From an uncultured Chloroflexia bacterium (GTDB lineage Bacteria > Chloroflexota > Limnocylindria > Limnocylindrales > CSP1-4): a DNA stretch of 64,000 nucleotides. Shown here in pieces: positions 30,901 through 42,115 of this stretch; the first letter of the stretch is position 1, and the number at the start of each line of letters is the position of its first letter. The stretch lies in contig CAVXPZ010000002.1 in NCBI GenBank assembly GCA_963763775.1, positions 64,001-128,000 of the forward strand, in the 5' to 3' direction. Position numbers and translations under genes: made by a program. The notes below the pieces were generated by a model that saw nothing but the letters and a program-made list of their open reading frames with translations, made no database searches and was not told the DNA's origin.

Positions 30901-32761
30901 TCGTCCGGACCGTCCCACTTCTCGATCAGGTCGGACAGGCCCTTGCCGGCCGGCATCATCGGGAAGACGTTCTGCTCCTCGGCGATCTCGAACCAGATGA
31001 GCGCCGGACCGTCGACGGCCTGCGCCGCCGCGATCGCCGCGTCCACCTCGTCGGGCGTCCGCGCGCGGAACGCCGGGATCCCGTACGCGTCCGCGAGCTT
31101 CGCGAAGTCCGGGCCGGGCAGGTTCGATGAGTGGTAGTTGCCCGCGTAGATGATCTCCTGCCACTGGCGGATCATCCCGAGCTTCTTGTTGTCGAGCAGG
31201 GCGATCTTCACCGGGATGTGGTCCGCGACCAGGGTCATCAGCTCCTGCGAGGTCATCTGGAACCCGCCGTCGCCGGTGATCGCCCAGGTCTCGCGATCGG
31301 GGCGTCCGAGGGCCGCGCCCATCGCCGCCGGGACGCTGAAGCCCATGGTGCCGAGCCCGCCGGAGCTGACATGGCTGTTCGGGTGGCGGAAGCCGGTGTA
31401 CCGGGCGAGCCACATCTGGTTCTGGCCGACATCGGCGACGTAGGTCGCGTCGTGGTTCGTCAGCTCGCCGATGCGCTCCACCACGTAGTCGGCGGAGAGC
31501 AGGCCGTCGCGCCAGGCACCGGATCCGTGCCAGCTGGAGGCCACCGAATCGGTCTTCCACTCGGCCAGCTGCTCGAAGTAGCCGGCGCGCGTCGCCGGGT
31601 CGACGGCCGGGGACAGCCGGAGCAGCTCCGCGAGGACGCGCCTGGCATCGCCGACGATCGGCACCTCGACCGCGACGTTCTTCCCGATCTCGGCCGGGTC
31701 GATGTCCGCGTGGATGATCCGCGCGTAGGGTGCGTACGTCCGGACGTTGCCGGTCACCCGGTCGTCGAAGCGCATCCCGATCGCGATCAGCAGGTCGGCG
31801 GTCTGGATCGCGCGGTTCACGTGCTTCCAGCCGTGCATCCCCATGTAGCCGTAGGCCAGGGGGTGCGTCTCGTCGATCGCCCCGATCCCGAGCAGCGTCC
31901 ACGCGACGGGGATCTGGGCCTTCTCGGCGAACGCCTTGAGCTCGTCCCAGGCCTCGGCATGGAGGACGCCGTGACCGGCGAGGATCACCGGTCGCTGGGC
32001 CTTCGCGATCTCCGCGGCGGCGAGCTTCAACTGGCGAGGGTGGCCGTCGACGTTGGGGCGGAACCCGGGCAGCCCGGCGACGACCTCCGCCTCGGTCGGG
32101 TGCTGCGGCCCGCGTCTCCTGCTGGAGCGCGTCCTTGGTGATGTCGATGTGGACCGGTCCCGGGACGCCCGGTCCGCGCGATGTGGAAGGCCTCGGCGAC
32201 GACCCGCGGCAGGTCGTCGGCGTCGCGGACCAGGTAGTTGTGCTTGGTCATCGGCAGGGTGATGCCGTTGATGTCGATCTCCTGGAACGCGTCCTTGCCG
32301 ATGAGGACGCCGGGGACGTTGCCGGTGATCGCGACCATCGGGATCGAGTCCAGCAGGGCGGTCCCGATCCCCGTGACGAGGTTCGTCGCGCCGGGTCCCG
32401 ACGTGCCCATGCAGACCCCGACCCGGCCGGTCACCCGCGCGTACCCGTCGGCCGCGTGCGCACCGCCCTGCTCATGGCGCACGAGGATGTGGCGCAATTC
32501 CGGATAGTCGCCGAGGACGTCGTACAGCGGGAGGATGACGCCGCCCGGGTAGCTGAAGAAGACGTCCACGCCCTGGTTGAGCAGCGCCTCGCACAGGACG
32601 TCCGCCCCGATGCGGGTCCGCTTGAGGTCGCGGCCGTCGTGGAGCATCTCCTTGCGGGCCTTCTCGACCGCGGCCGCCTCGGCCGTCCCGTCGCCGGGCA
32701 CGTGGCTGCGCCGGGCCGGGCCGGGACTGGGCGGTTTCGCCGTATCGGTCTTCGTCGTCAT
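30897..32761 (-). CDS. ilvB: Acetolactate synthase large subunit; two apparent +1 frameshifts (~32105, ~32162)
   Basis: [27 protein letters not shown]; second segment [27 protein letters not shown]. Confidence 0.94.
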
Positions 32762-32796
32762 CGGGGTCCCCTACAGCTGACTGGTCGAGATCGGCT

Positions 32797-32831
32797 GGAA
32801 ATACGAAGACCCTCGCCTCCCGGCGAGGGTC
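32797..32831 (-). terminator. Attenuator terminator upstream of ilvB
   Basis: The minus strand reads GACCCTCGCC-GGGA-GGCGAGGGTC followed by TTCGTATTT. Confidence 0.8.
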
Positions 32832-32857
32832 CCTTCGGTCTTCGGTGGTGTCGGGCG

Positions 32858-32995
32858 CTACTGGCGCTCGTCCCTCCGCGTCCCTTGGTCCCGCCGGGAG
32901 CCGGTAATGAGGCCAAGAAGGCCATCAAGCCCCAGAAGCGAGCGAAGAAGAGCGAGGGGGGATACGTCGGCGAGGCCGGCCGGTTCGATGGGCAT
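32858..32995 (-). CDS. Leu-rich leader peptide of the ilv-leu operon attenuator (45 aa)
   Basis: MPIEPAGLADVSPLALLRSLLGLDGLLGLITGSRRDQGTRRDERQ has 10 Leu, six of them CTT, plus GTA and ATT codons that are atypical for this DNA. Ends 26 nt before the terminator stem. Confidence 0.82.
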   Translation of the reverse strand: MPIEPAGLADVSPLALLRSLLGLDGLLGLITGSRRDQGTRRDERQ

Positions 32996-33156
32996 GTGGA
33001 CGCGTCGTCCGTCCGACGTCACCACGATGGCGACGCGGCGGCGATCCTGCCGATCGAAATGGCCCAAGGTGGCCTCCTGATGACGCCTCATCCCCGCCTG
33101 AACGGGCGATGTGGGGCGCAGTCTACGAGGCGAGGGGCCATCGCGCAACTGCCAGA

Positions 33157-34728
33157 TCATGTCGGCATGGTCCGCAGGCGCTCGATGAGCCAGTCGGCGC
33201 CCTTCGCGAGCGCCGTCAGATCGAGCGATTCGGTCGACGGGCGGTCCGTCGGACGGCCCAGCAGGTAGCCCTGGCCGGCGCCGATCCCGAGCGACCGGAC
33301 GACGTCGAGCTGCTGCGGCGTCTCGATGCCCTCGGCGATGACCAGCGCGCCCCAGCGGTCGGCCAGGTCGCGCAGCGTCTTGAGGATCTCGAGCGAGGTC
33401 TCGCGGACGGCGCCGCCCTGGACGAGCGAGAGGTCGATCTTGACGATGTCGAATCGGAGCTGGCTCAGGAGGCGCAGGCCGGCGTTCCCCGCGCCGACGT
33501 CGTCGGCGGCGAGCCGGATGCCGGCGACCCGACACGACTCCACGGCCTGGCGCAACCGGTCCAGATCCTCGACGGCCTCGCGCTCGGTCAACTCGAGCAC
33601 GATGTTGCGGGGGTCCAGCCCGTGGCGGACGATCATCCGCAGCAGGGCGTGGACGCTGAAGTCGTCGCGTTCGAGCGTTCGCGGCGAGAGGTTGACGGTC
33701 AGGGACCCTGGAAGGCGCAGGCGCGCGGCGGTCTCCATCACGGTGTTGAGGCAGGCGATGTCCAGCTCACCGGTGCGCCCGGTGGCCTCGGCCGCCTCGA
33801 AGAGCGCGCCGGGGTCGGCGAACCCGCTGTCCGGCAGCGGTCGGACGAGGCCCTCGTACCCGCGCGGTGCGCCGGTCGAGAGGTCGTAGATGGGCTGGAA
33901 GACCGCGCGGATCGCGCCGGTGGCGGCGACCTGGGCCACGGCGGCGGACAGCTCGGCCGGCGGGCGTTCCGCGGCCGGTCCGTCGTGGCGGGCCGGGTCG
34001 TAGATCGTCACGCAGGTCCGGCCGTGGCGCTTGCTCCAGTACAACGCGGCATCGGCCTGCCGATACAGGGCCTCGCGATCGCGCGCCGGCGCCGGTCCGG
34101 CGCTGATCCCGGCCGAGAACGAGATCGTGTGCTCGAAGCCGCGACCGGACTCGCCGTCGAGACAGGCAGCGAGCAACCGGCGGACCATCACCTGTGCCTG
34201 GTCGACGTCCGTGTCCGGGAGGATCAGGGCGAACTCGTCGCCGCCGACGCGGAACGCCCGGTCCGAGCGCCGGACGAACGAGGCGATGGTCGTGGCCGCC
34301 TGGCGCAGCACCTGGTCGCCCGCGGCATGGCCGCTCGAGTCGTTGATCCGCTTGAAGTCGTCGAGGTCGACGATCGCCAGCGCCACGGACCGGCCGGAGC
34401 GGGTGGCGAGCGACCACTGCCGCTCGACCTCCTCCTGGAACGCCCGGTGGTTCCCGAGCCCGGTCAGGGTGTCGCGCAGGGCCTCGGCTCGGGCGCGGTC
34501 GTACGCGTCCTCGAGGATGCGCCGGGCCTCCTCCAGACGCTCGGCGGGCTCGAGGACCCGGCGCGCGAGCCAGACGGTCAGGAGGCCGAGGACGAAGGAG
34601 AGCGCGAGGATCGCCAGGGTCGGGACGGCGATCGAGGCGCCGTGGCCGGACGTGAACGCGTAGATGAACGGCGCCGCGATCAGGATCGGGATCGCGAACA
34701 TCGTGACGAGGGCAAGGAACAGCCGCAA
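33157..34728 (-). CDS. Membrane-anchored GGDEF-EAL diguanylate cyclase/phosphodiesterase (start may be further upstream)
   Basis: Two TM helices, DTLTGLGN, DLDDFKRIND..GH, RxxD plus GGDEF, FQPI, EGL, ELTE, DDVG, KID, AEGIE, QGY. Confidence 0.92.
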   Translation of the reverse strand: MRLFLALVTMFAIPILIAAPFIYAFTSGHGASIAVPTLAILALSFVLGLLTVWLARRVLEPAERLEEARRILEDAYDRARAEALRDTLTGLGNHRAFQEEVERQWSLATRSGRSVALAIVDLDDFKRINDSSGHAAGDQVLRQAATTIASFVRRSDRAFRVGGDEFALILPDTDVDQAQVMVRRLLAACLDGESGRGFEHTISFSAGISAGPAPARDREALYRQADAALYWSKRHGRTCVTIYDPARHDGPAAERPPAELSAAVAQVAATGAIRAVFQPIYDLSTGAPRGYEGLVRPLPDSGFADPGALFEAAEATGRTGELDIACLNTVMETAARLRLPGSLTVNLSPRTLERDDFSVHALLRMIVRHGLDPRNIVLELTEREAVEDLDRLRQAVESCRVAGIRLAADDVGAGNAGLRLLSQLRFDIVKIDLSLVQGGAVRETSLEILKTLRDLADRWGALVIAEGIETPQQLDVVRSLGIGAGQGYLLGRPTDRPSTESLDLTALAKGADWLIERLRTMPT

Positions 34729-35053
34729 TCGGACGAGTCGAAGATTCGTGGACTCGCCGAGGAAGCTGCCGGAGCGCTCCTGATCGTCGCGGATGAGCCG
34801 TGGCCTCCCTTGGTGGGAGGTTGGTTATAGTCCGTTGGGGTCCTCACCGGGAATGTGCCCTTGGTACCGCACCTCATAGGACCTCCGGTGTTGCGACCGG
34901 TCCACGAGGCGTCGGATCGCGGTGAGCGGGCGGCTCGGACCGAGCCGATGTCGCGAGCGCGCCCACGCCGGCGCGTGAGTGCCTGAGGCGAGCGCCGAGC
35001 CGCCCGATCACCGCCCCTGCGACCTTCCGGGGAGGGCTGGTACGCTGCGTCGC

Positions 35054-36493
35054 ATGACCGAACCGCGCACCATCGTCGCCAAGATCTGGGACGACCACGT
35101 CGTCACGCAGGACCCGGGGGCACCCGCCGTCCTGGCCGTGGACCTGCATCTCGTCCACGAAGTCACGAGCCCCCAGGCGTTCTCCGGGCTCCGCGCCCGC
35201 GGCCTCCGGGTCCGCCACCCCGGCCAGACCGTGGCCACCGCGGACCACTCGATCCCGACGACGCCGCGGAGCCTGCCGATCCTCGACGCGATGGCCGCCG
35301 CGCAGATCACGCAGCTCGAGACGAACTGCGCCGAGTTCGGCATCCCGCTCCACGGGATCGGCTCGCCGAGCCAGGGCATCGTCCACGTCATCGGCCCGCA
35401 GCTCGGCCTCACCCAGCCAGGCATGACGATCGTGTGCGGCGACTCGCACACCAGCACGCACGGGGCGTTCGGCGCGTTGGCCTTCGGGATCGGCACCAGC
35501 GAGGTCGAGATGGTCCTCGCGACCCAGACGCTGCTGCAGCGCGACCCGAAGACCTACGAGGTGCGGGTCGACGGCCGGCTGGCGCCCGGGGTCAGCAGCA
35601 AGGACATCATCCTCGCCCTGATCGCCCGGATCGGCGTCGGCGGCGGCACGGGCCATGTCTTCGAATACCGCGGCGAGGCCATCCGGGCCCTGACGATGGA
35701 ACAGCGGATGACCATCTGCAACATGAGCATCGAGGGCGGCGCGCGCGCCGGGCTGATCGCCCCGGACGACACCACGTTCGAGTACGTCCACGGCCGCGAG
35801 CACGCCCCGAAAGGCGCGGACTGGGACGCGGCGGTCACCCGCTGGCGGACGCTCCCGACCGACGACGGCGCCACGTTCGACAAGACGATCACGATCGATG
35901 CGAACGCTCTCGAGCCCATGATCACCTACGGGACCAACCCCGGCATGGGGATCCCGATCACGTCCCGCGTCCCGTCTCCCGAGGACGAGCCGGACGCCCA
36001 GTCGAAGCGGGCACTCGAGCACGCCCTCGCCTACATGGACCTGCGCCCGGGGCAGCCGATCATCGGCCAGAAGGTCGACGTGGTCTTCGTCGGGTCGTGC
36101 ACGAACGGGCGTATCTCGGACCTGCGCCTCGCGGCCGCCGCGCTCGAGGGTCGGCACATCGCCGACGGGGTCCGCCTGATGGTGACGCCCGGCAGCGACG
36201 AGGTGAAGCGCGAGGCCGAGGCCGAGGGCCTCTCGGAGATCTTCAAGGCCGCGGGCGCCGACTGGCGCGAGTCGGGGTGCTCGATGTGCATCGCGATGAA
36301 CGGCGACCAGCTGACGCCGGGGCAGTACGCCGTGAGCACGAGCAACCGCAACTTCGAGGGTCGGCAGGGCAAGGGTGGCCGGACGTTCCTGGCGTCGCCG
36401 CTCACCGCGGCGGCGAGCGCGATCAGCGGCGTCGTCACCGATCCGCGGACGCTGCCCGGCATCGAGCACCTCGCCGCCGTGGGAGGGCGCTGA
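35054..36493 (+). CDS. leuC: 3-isopropylmalate dehydratase large subunit
   Basis: [46 protein letters not shown]. Confidence 0.96.
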   Translation: MTEPRTIVAKIWDDHVVTQDPGAPAVLAVDLHLVHEVTSPQAFSGLRARGLRVRHPGQTVATADHSIPTTPRSLPILDAMAAAQITQLETNCAEFGIPLHGIGSPSQGIVHVIGPQLGLTQPGMTIVCGDSHTSTHGAFGALAFGIGTSEVEMVLATQTLLQRDPKTYEVRVDGRLAPGVSSKDIILALIARIGVGGGTGHVFEYRGEAIRALTMEQRMTICNMSIEGGARAGLIAPDDTTFEYVHGREHAPKGADWDAAVTRWRTLPTDDGATFDKTITIDANALEPMITYGTNPGMGIPITSRVPSPEDEPDAQSKRALEHALAYMDLRPGQPIIGQKVDVVFVGSCTNGRISDLRLAAAALEGRHIADGVRLMVTPGSDEVKREAEAEGLSEIFKAAGADWRESGCSMCIAMNGDQLTPGQYAVSTSNRNFEGRQGKGGRTFLASPLTAAASAISGVVTDPRTLPGIEHLAAVGGR

Positions 36494-36496
36494 CCG

Positions 36497-37120
36497 ATGG
36501 CGGAGCCGTTCACGATGTTCACGAGCAAGGTCGTGCCGCTCGACGCCGAGAACGTCGACACGGACCAGGTCGTCCCCGCTCGCTATCTCAAGGTGACCGA
36601 CAAGGAGGGCCTCGCCGATGCCCTCTTCCGCGACTGGCGATTCGATGAGGACGGAGCGCTGAAGGACCCGCCGTTCATCCTCGACCAGCCCGGGATGGCC
36701 GGCCGCCGCATCCTGCTCGTGGGGGACAACTTCGGCGCCGGGTCGTCGCGGGAGCACGCGCCATGGGCCCTGACCGCGTGGGGCATCCGCGCGATCCTCT
36801 CGACGGGCTTCGCCGACATCTTCTCGAGCAACAGCCTCAAGAACGGGCTGCTGCCCATCGTCGTCCCCCCGGACGTGCATCAGCGACTGTGGTCGTTGAT
36901 CGAGGCGGACCCGGACGCCCAGCTCACCATCGACCTGGCCGAGGAAGGCGTGCTGCTTCCGGACGGGTCCACGATCGACTTCACGATCGATCCCTTCGCG
37001 AAGCACATGCTGCTCGCGGGCACGGACGAGCTCGGCTACCTCCTCTCGAAGGCCGCGGAGCTCGAGACGTGGGAAGCGGCACATCCGTCACGCGTGGATA
37101 CCCTCGCCGGGGCGCGCTGA
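36497..37120 (+). CDS. leuD: 3-isopropylmalate dehydratase small subunit
   Basis: NVDTDQVVPARYL, NFGAGSSREHA, FADIF..N..KNGLLP. Confidence 0.95.
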   Translation: MAEPFTMFTSKVVPLDAENVDTDQVVPARYLKVTDKEGLADALFRDWRFDEDGALKDPPFILDQPGMAGRRILLVGDNFGAGSSREHAPWALTAWGIRAILSTGFADIFSSNSLKNGLLPIVVPPDVHQRLWSLIEADPDAQLTIDLAEEGVLLPDGSTIDFTIDPFAKHMLLAGTDELGYLLSKAAELETWEAAHPSRVDTLAGAR

Positions 37121-37155
37121 CGGAACCCGCCGACGAGGCGCATCGTCTCGCGGCC

Positions 37156-37666
37156 ATGCAGACCCTTCGCCGCCTCACCGGCCTCCTGTCCGTCGTCGTC
37201 CTCGCCGCAGCCTGCTCGGGAGGGGCCGCGTCCGCGCCGCCGACCGCGGTCCCGTCGCCCGACCCGAACACGCCGGTGACGAACGTCCCGGGTGACAGCG
37301 GTAGGTGATGATGGCGCCCCGGTGGACGGCAGCGGTCTCGTCGTGCCGAAGCCCGGACAGCTCGACGTCCATGCCATCCCGATGACCGGCATCTCGGCCA
37401 CGGTCGACGGCCGGCACGTCGTGGTCACGACCGCCTGGACCAGTGGCGTGGAGCCGTGCAACGTGCTCGACAGCATCGTCGTCGCGCGCGGTGACCACGC
37501 GTTCACGCTCACCATCCGCGAGGGCCACGGCCCCGAGAAGGTGGCCTGCATCGAGATCGCCCAGCTCAAGCAGGCGAAGGTCGACCTCGGCGACCTCGAC
37601 CCCGGCACCTACACGATCGCCGACAGCGAGTCCGGCGCGACGCCGATCGAGGTCGTCGTCCCCTGA
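37156..37666 (+). CDS. Lipoprotein of unknown function; frameshift near 37303
   Basis: Lipobox LAAAC after a hydrophobic leader, Pro linker, then a domain with WTSGVEPC...ACIEIA in a shifted frame. Confidence 0.7.
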
Positions 37667-37720
37667 CCCTCGGGCGCCCGCCGGCGCCGGATCGCGACGA
37701 CCTGTGCGACGATCGACGTC

Positions 37721-38908
37721 GTGAATCCGCTCGATCTGATCGCGATCCTGCTCATCGTCATCGGGGCGGTGCTGGGATTCCGGTCGGGGGCGTTGCCGCA
37801 GATCGGCGGGCTCGCCGGCGCGATCGGCGGGGCCGCGCTCGTCGTGCTCGTCGCCCTGCCGCTCGCCACGGACCAACTCGGCGCGATCGACCCCGGGCTC
37901 CGGCCGTTCGTGGTGCTCGGCGGCCTGCTGATCGTGGTGGCCCTCGGCGAGTCGGTCGGCTCCACGTTCGGTCGACGGATCGCGACGTCCCTCGGGACGG
38001 GCGTCCTCAGCGCCGCGGACCGGGTCGCGGGCGCGTTCGTCGGCATCGCCCAGGGCCTGCTCATCATCTGGCTCGTCGGCGGCCTCCTGGCACTCGCACC
38101 GGTCCTGCGGCTGACCGAGGCCGCGCAGACCTCGAAGGCGATCCGGGCCCTCAACGCGGTCCTGCCGGCGCCGGGCGACTTCGCGATGGGCCTCGGCCGG
38201 ATGCTCGACTCGACCGGCCTGCCCGCCGTCTTCGTCGGGTTCGAGCCGCTGCCGCAGGCCCCGGTCGACCTGCCCGGCGACCCGATCGTGCAGCGGCTTG
38301 CGAAGGCCGCGCTCTCGAGCACGGTCAAGGTCTCGGCGGGCGCCTGCGGTTTCACCTCCGTCGGGACCGGCTTCGCGATCGCCGGCGACTACGTGGTCAC
38401 GAACGCGCACGTGGTGGCGGGGGCGGGACGCGGGGACACGAAGGTCCGCGATGCGAACGACGACCTGCATGACGCGGTGACCGTGCTGTTCGACCCGTCG
38501 CTCGACGTCGCCGTCCTGCACGTGCCCGGCCTGGGCGCGAATGCCCTGCGATTCACCACTCGGGACCCGGGTCGCGGCGCGATCGGCGCCACCATCGGGT
38601 ACCCGGGTGGCGGGAACGTGCAGGTGCTGCCGGCCGCGGTGGCGGGGGAGTACCCGGCCGTCGGCCGGGACATCTACGACCAGGACCGCGTCAGCCGCCA
38701 GATCCTCGAGCTCCACGCGGCGATCGACCGCGGCGACAGCGGCGGACCGTTCGTGCTCGTGGACGGGACCGTGGGAGGCGTGGTGTTCGCGGAGGCGCGG
38801 ACGGACGACTCGGTGGGCTATGCGCTCTCGCCGACCGCCGTCTCCACCCGGGTCAGCCCGGCCCTCGGACGCACGTCGGCCGTCGACACCGGGGACTGCA
38901 TCCGCTGA
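37721..38908 (+). CDS. MarP-family serine protease (CvpA membrane domain plus trypsin-like domain)
   Basis: N-terminal TMs with DRVAG, VTNAHVVAG, DVAVL, GYP, GDSGGP. Confidence 0.9.
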   Translation: MNPLDLIAILLIVIGAVLGFRSGALPQIGGLAGAIGGAALVVLVALPLATDQLGAIDPGLRPFVVLGGLLIVVALGESVGSTFGRRIATSLGTGVLSAADRVAGAFVGIAQGLLIIWLVGGLLALAPVLRLTEAAQTSKAIRALNAVLPAPGDFAMGLGRMLDSTGLPAVFVGFEPLPQAPVDLPGDPIVQRLAKAALSSTVKVSAGACGFTSVGTGFAIAGDYVVTNAHVVAGAGRGDTKVRDANDDLHDAVTVLFDPSLDVAVLHVPGLGANALRFTTRDPGRGAIGATIGYPGGGNVQVLPAAVAGEYPAVGRDIYDQDRVSRQILELHAAIDRGDSGGPFVLVDGTVGGVVFAEARTDDSVGYALSPTAVSTRVSPALGRTSAVDTGDCIR

Positions 38909-38917
38909 CCCGGAGGG

Positions 38918-39331
38918 TCACTCCTCGGGCGACCCCGTCGTTCGGATCCGCTTCGCGAGGGCGAGCATGACCTCGCCCTGGATCTCGGGGTGGGCGCTCA
39001 GCAGCGACTTGAACTCCCGGGTCCCCATGACGAGCAGTCGCGTCGGGGTCGTCGCCGTCGCGGTCGCCGTGCGGTGCCCGTGGTCGACCAGGGCGATCTC
39101 GCCGAGGAACTCGTTGGCCCCCATGGTGCGCAGCGTCGCGCCGCCGGCCGTGATCTCGACGGATCCGTCGAGGATGACGAAGAACTCGCTGCCGGGGGTG
39201 TCCTCGCGCATCAGGACGTAGCCCGCGGGGACGTCGACCTCGTCGCAGAGCTGGCCGACCTCCGTGAGCTGCTTCTGGTCGAGGCCCGAGAGCAGCGGCA
39301 CCTTCGCCAGCACGGCGAGCTTCTGGTCCAT
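38918..39331 (-). CDS. Stand-alone cyclic-nucleotide-binding domain protein
   Basis: [22 protein letters not shown]...RTATA phosphate-binding cassette. Confidence 0.9.
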   Translation of the reverse strand: MDQKLAVLAKVPLLSGLDQKQLTEVGQLCDEVDVPAGYVLMREDTPGSEFFVILDGSVEITAGGATLRTMGANEFLGEIALVDHGHRTATATATTPTRLLVMGTREFKSLLSAHPEIQGEVMLALAKRIRTTGSPEE

Positions 39332-39472
39332 GGTCGGTCCTCTCCTCCGTTGCCTACCCGATGGTCGCAGCAGCATACGCAATGGCGTCGGCGTCGCAAG
39401 CGGCCTCGCGAGCCGGATCCGGGTCTCGGGACACTACACTTGACGCCCCGCAGCCCTCGAAGGAAACCCTCG

Positions 39473-41215
39473 ATGCCCGAGTCCACGCACCCCTACGACC
39501 GCCCGAGCGACCCCGCCAAGCGCCACTCGGCCGCACTCACCGACGGCCCGGACCGGGCCGCGGCCCGGGCGATGCTCAAGGCGATCGGCTTCACGGACGA
39601 CGACCTGGCCAAGCCCCTCGTCGGCGTCGCGACGACGTGGATCGAGACGATGCCGTGCAACTACAACCAGCGGCGACTGGCCGAGCACGTGAAGGACGGG
39701 ATCCGGGCGGCGGGTGGCACGCCGATGGAGTTCAACACGGTCTCGGTCAGCGACGGCGTCTCGATGGGCACCGAGGGCATGAAGGCCTCGCTGATCAGCC
39801 GCGAGGTCGTCGCCGACTCGATCGAGCTCGTCGTGCGCGGCCACCTCCTGGACGGGGTCGTCTGCCTCGTCGGCTGCGACAAGACGCTCCCGGGCGCCGC
39901 GATGGCGCTCGGACGCCTCGATGTCCCGGGGCTCGTGCTCTACAACGGGACGATCTACCCGGGCGTGTACAAGGGCCAGCGCAACGCCACCGTCGTCACC
40001 GTCTTCGAGGCGATCGGCGCGTACCGGGCGGGCAAGATCACGCTCGACGAGCTGTACGAGGTGGAGAACGTCGCGTGCCCGGGCCCGGGCGCCTGCGGCG
40101 GCCAGTACACGGCGAACACGATGGCCATGGTCCTCGAGTTCATGGGCCTGTCACCGGCTGGCCTGAACGGCATCCCGGCCGAGGACCCCGCGAAGGACGC
40201 GGCCGCCCGACGGTCCGGCGAGCTCGTGATGGACCTGGTGCGGGACGATCTCCGGCCGTCACGCTACGTGACCCGGGCCGCGCTCGAGAACGGGATCGCC
40301 TCGGTCGCGGCCACGGGTGGCTCGACGAACGGCGTGCTGCACCTGCTGGCGATCGCCCACGACTTCGGGATCCCACTCGACATCGACGAGTTCGGGGCGG
40401 TGGCGGACCGGACGCCCATCGTGGCGGACATGGTCCCTGGCGGCCGCTACACGGCCGCCGACATGTACGACGCCGGCGGTCTCAGCCTGGTCATGCGCGA
40501 ACTCCTGAAGCGGCCGGGGCTGCTCCACGGGGATTCGCCCACGGTCGACGGCCGCACGATCGCCGAGATCGCGGCCGCGGCCGTCGAGACACCCGGTCAG
40601 CAGGTGGTCGTGCCCCTCGAGACCCCGCTCAAGCCGACCGGTGGCCTGGCGATCCTGCACGGCTCGCTCGCGCCCGAGGGGTGCGTCGTCAAGCTCGCCG
40701 GCCACGAGCGCCGGCTCCATCGCGGGCCCGCCCGCGTCTTCGAGTCCGAGGCGGACTGCTACGCGGCCGTCCGCGACCGGCGGATCGTGGCGGGTGACGT
40801 GGTGGTGATCCGCAACGAGGGACCGGTCGGTGGGCCGGGCATGCAGGAGATGCTCAGCGTGACCGCGGCACTCGTCGGCGAGGGCCTCGGTGACGAGGTC
40901 GCACTCATCACCGACGGACGGTTCTCCGGCGGCACGCACGGGCTGATGATCGGCCACATCGCGCCGGAGGCGGCCCTGGGCGGGCCGATCGCCGCCGTGC
41001 GCGAGGGCGACAGCATCGTCATCGACGTGGATCGGAAGGCGCTCGACCTGGAGGTCCCCGACGACGAGATCGCCCGCCGGCTCGCGGCCTGGTCGCCGCC
41101 GGCGCCGCGCTACACGCGTGGCGTGATGGCCAAGTACGCCGCCCTGGTCGGGTCGGCGTCGGACGGTGCGGTGACGACCGGCCCACGCATGCAGGCAAAT
41201 CTGGGGCGCCGATGA
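39473..41215 (+). CDS. ilvD: Dihydroxy-acid dehydratase
   Basis: [43 protein letters not shown]. Confidence 0.96.
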   Translation: MPESTHPYDRPSDPAKRHSAALTDGPDRAAARAMLKAIGFTDDDLAKPLVGVATTWIETMPCNYNQRRLAEHVKDGIRAAGGTPMEFNTVSVSDGVSMGTEGMKASLISREVVADSIELVVRGHLLDGVVCLVGCDKTLPGAAMALGRLDVPGLVLYNGTIYPGVYKGQRNATVVTVFEAIGAYRAGKITLDELYEVENVACPGPGACGGQYTANTMAMVLEFMGLSPAGLNGIPAEDPAKDAAARRSGELVMDLVRDDLRPSRYVTRAALENGIASVAATGGSTNGVLHLLAIAHDFGIPLDIDEFGAVADRTPIVADMVPGGRYTAADMYDAGGLSLVMRELLKRPGLLHGDSPTVDGRTIAEIAAAAVETPGQQVVVPLETPLKPTGGLAILHGSLAPEGCVVKLAGHERRLHRGPARVFESEADCYAAVRDRRIVAGDVVVIRNEGPVGGPGMQEMLSVTAALVGEGLGDEVALITDGRFSGGTHGLMIGHIAPEAALGGPIAAVREGDSIVIDVDRKALDLEVPDDEIARRLAAWSPPAPRYTRGVMAKYAALVGSASDGAVTTGPRMQANLGRR

Positions 41216-42115
41216 GCGGCCGCATCTCGATCGGGATCAAGACCTCGCCCCAGGGCGTCGACTGGGCCACGCTCGATGGCGCCTGGGGCCGGATCGGCGA
41301 GCACGACGTCTTCGAGTCCGTGTGGATGAACGACCATCTGACGGACATCGGTCAGGAGCGTGCAGGCCCGTCGTGGGAGGCGCTGACGACACTGACGGCG
41401 CTGATCCATCACGTCCCCGGCAAGCACGTCGGGCATGCCGTGCTGTCGGCGACGTTCCGGCATCCCTCCGTGCTGGCGAAGGCCGCGACCGTGCTGGACC
41501 ATGCCACGGGCGGCCGGTTCATCGTCGGCCTGGGTGCCGGCTGGTTCGAACCGGAGCACACGCCCTTCGGCATCCCCTACCCCGAGATGCCGGAGCGATT
41601 CGACCGGTTCGAATCGGCCGTCCGCGTCCTGCGAGCGCATGGGCTCGGCCGAGGCCGCCACGGCGGCCGGGGTCACCCGACCCGACCCGTTCTATCCCCT
41701 CGACGGCGCCACCAACGACCCGCCGCCGCGCACGCCCGGCGGTCCGCCCATCTGGCTCGGCGGCCAGAAGCGCCGCGGGCTCGCGCTGGCCGCGGAAGTC
41801 GCCCAGGGATGGCTGCTGCCGGCGGTGACGCCCGACAAGAACCCCACGAACATGACGTACTTCGCGGGTCGGCGGGAAGCCTTGCTCGCGGCCCTCGAAG
41901 CCGCCGGACGAGACCCGGACGGGTTCGCCATCGTCGCGCAGGTGCCGGCGGGCGGCACGGCCGAGACTCGCCGGCTCTGCCTCGAGAGCGCCGTCGAGGC
42001 GGTGTCCATCGGGGCGACGCACGTGATCATCGGCATGCCGCCGGCGCTCGGCGCGTCGGGCGTGGACGATGTCGCGCGGGAGGTCGCCGAGCCGCTGCGG
42101 GACGCGATCGGATGA
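41212..42115 (+). CDS. LLM-class flavin-dependent oxidoreductase; frameshift near 41635
   Basis: [32 protein letters not shown]; PPIWLGG in the second frame. Confidence 0.85.

Noticed and set aside
32027-32170. Programmed frameshift or pseudogene in ilvB
   Set aside because: There is no slippery site, the rest of the operon and its attenuator are intact, and the same error pattern recurs window-wide.
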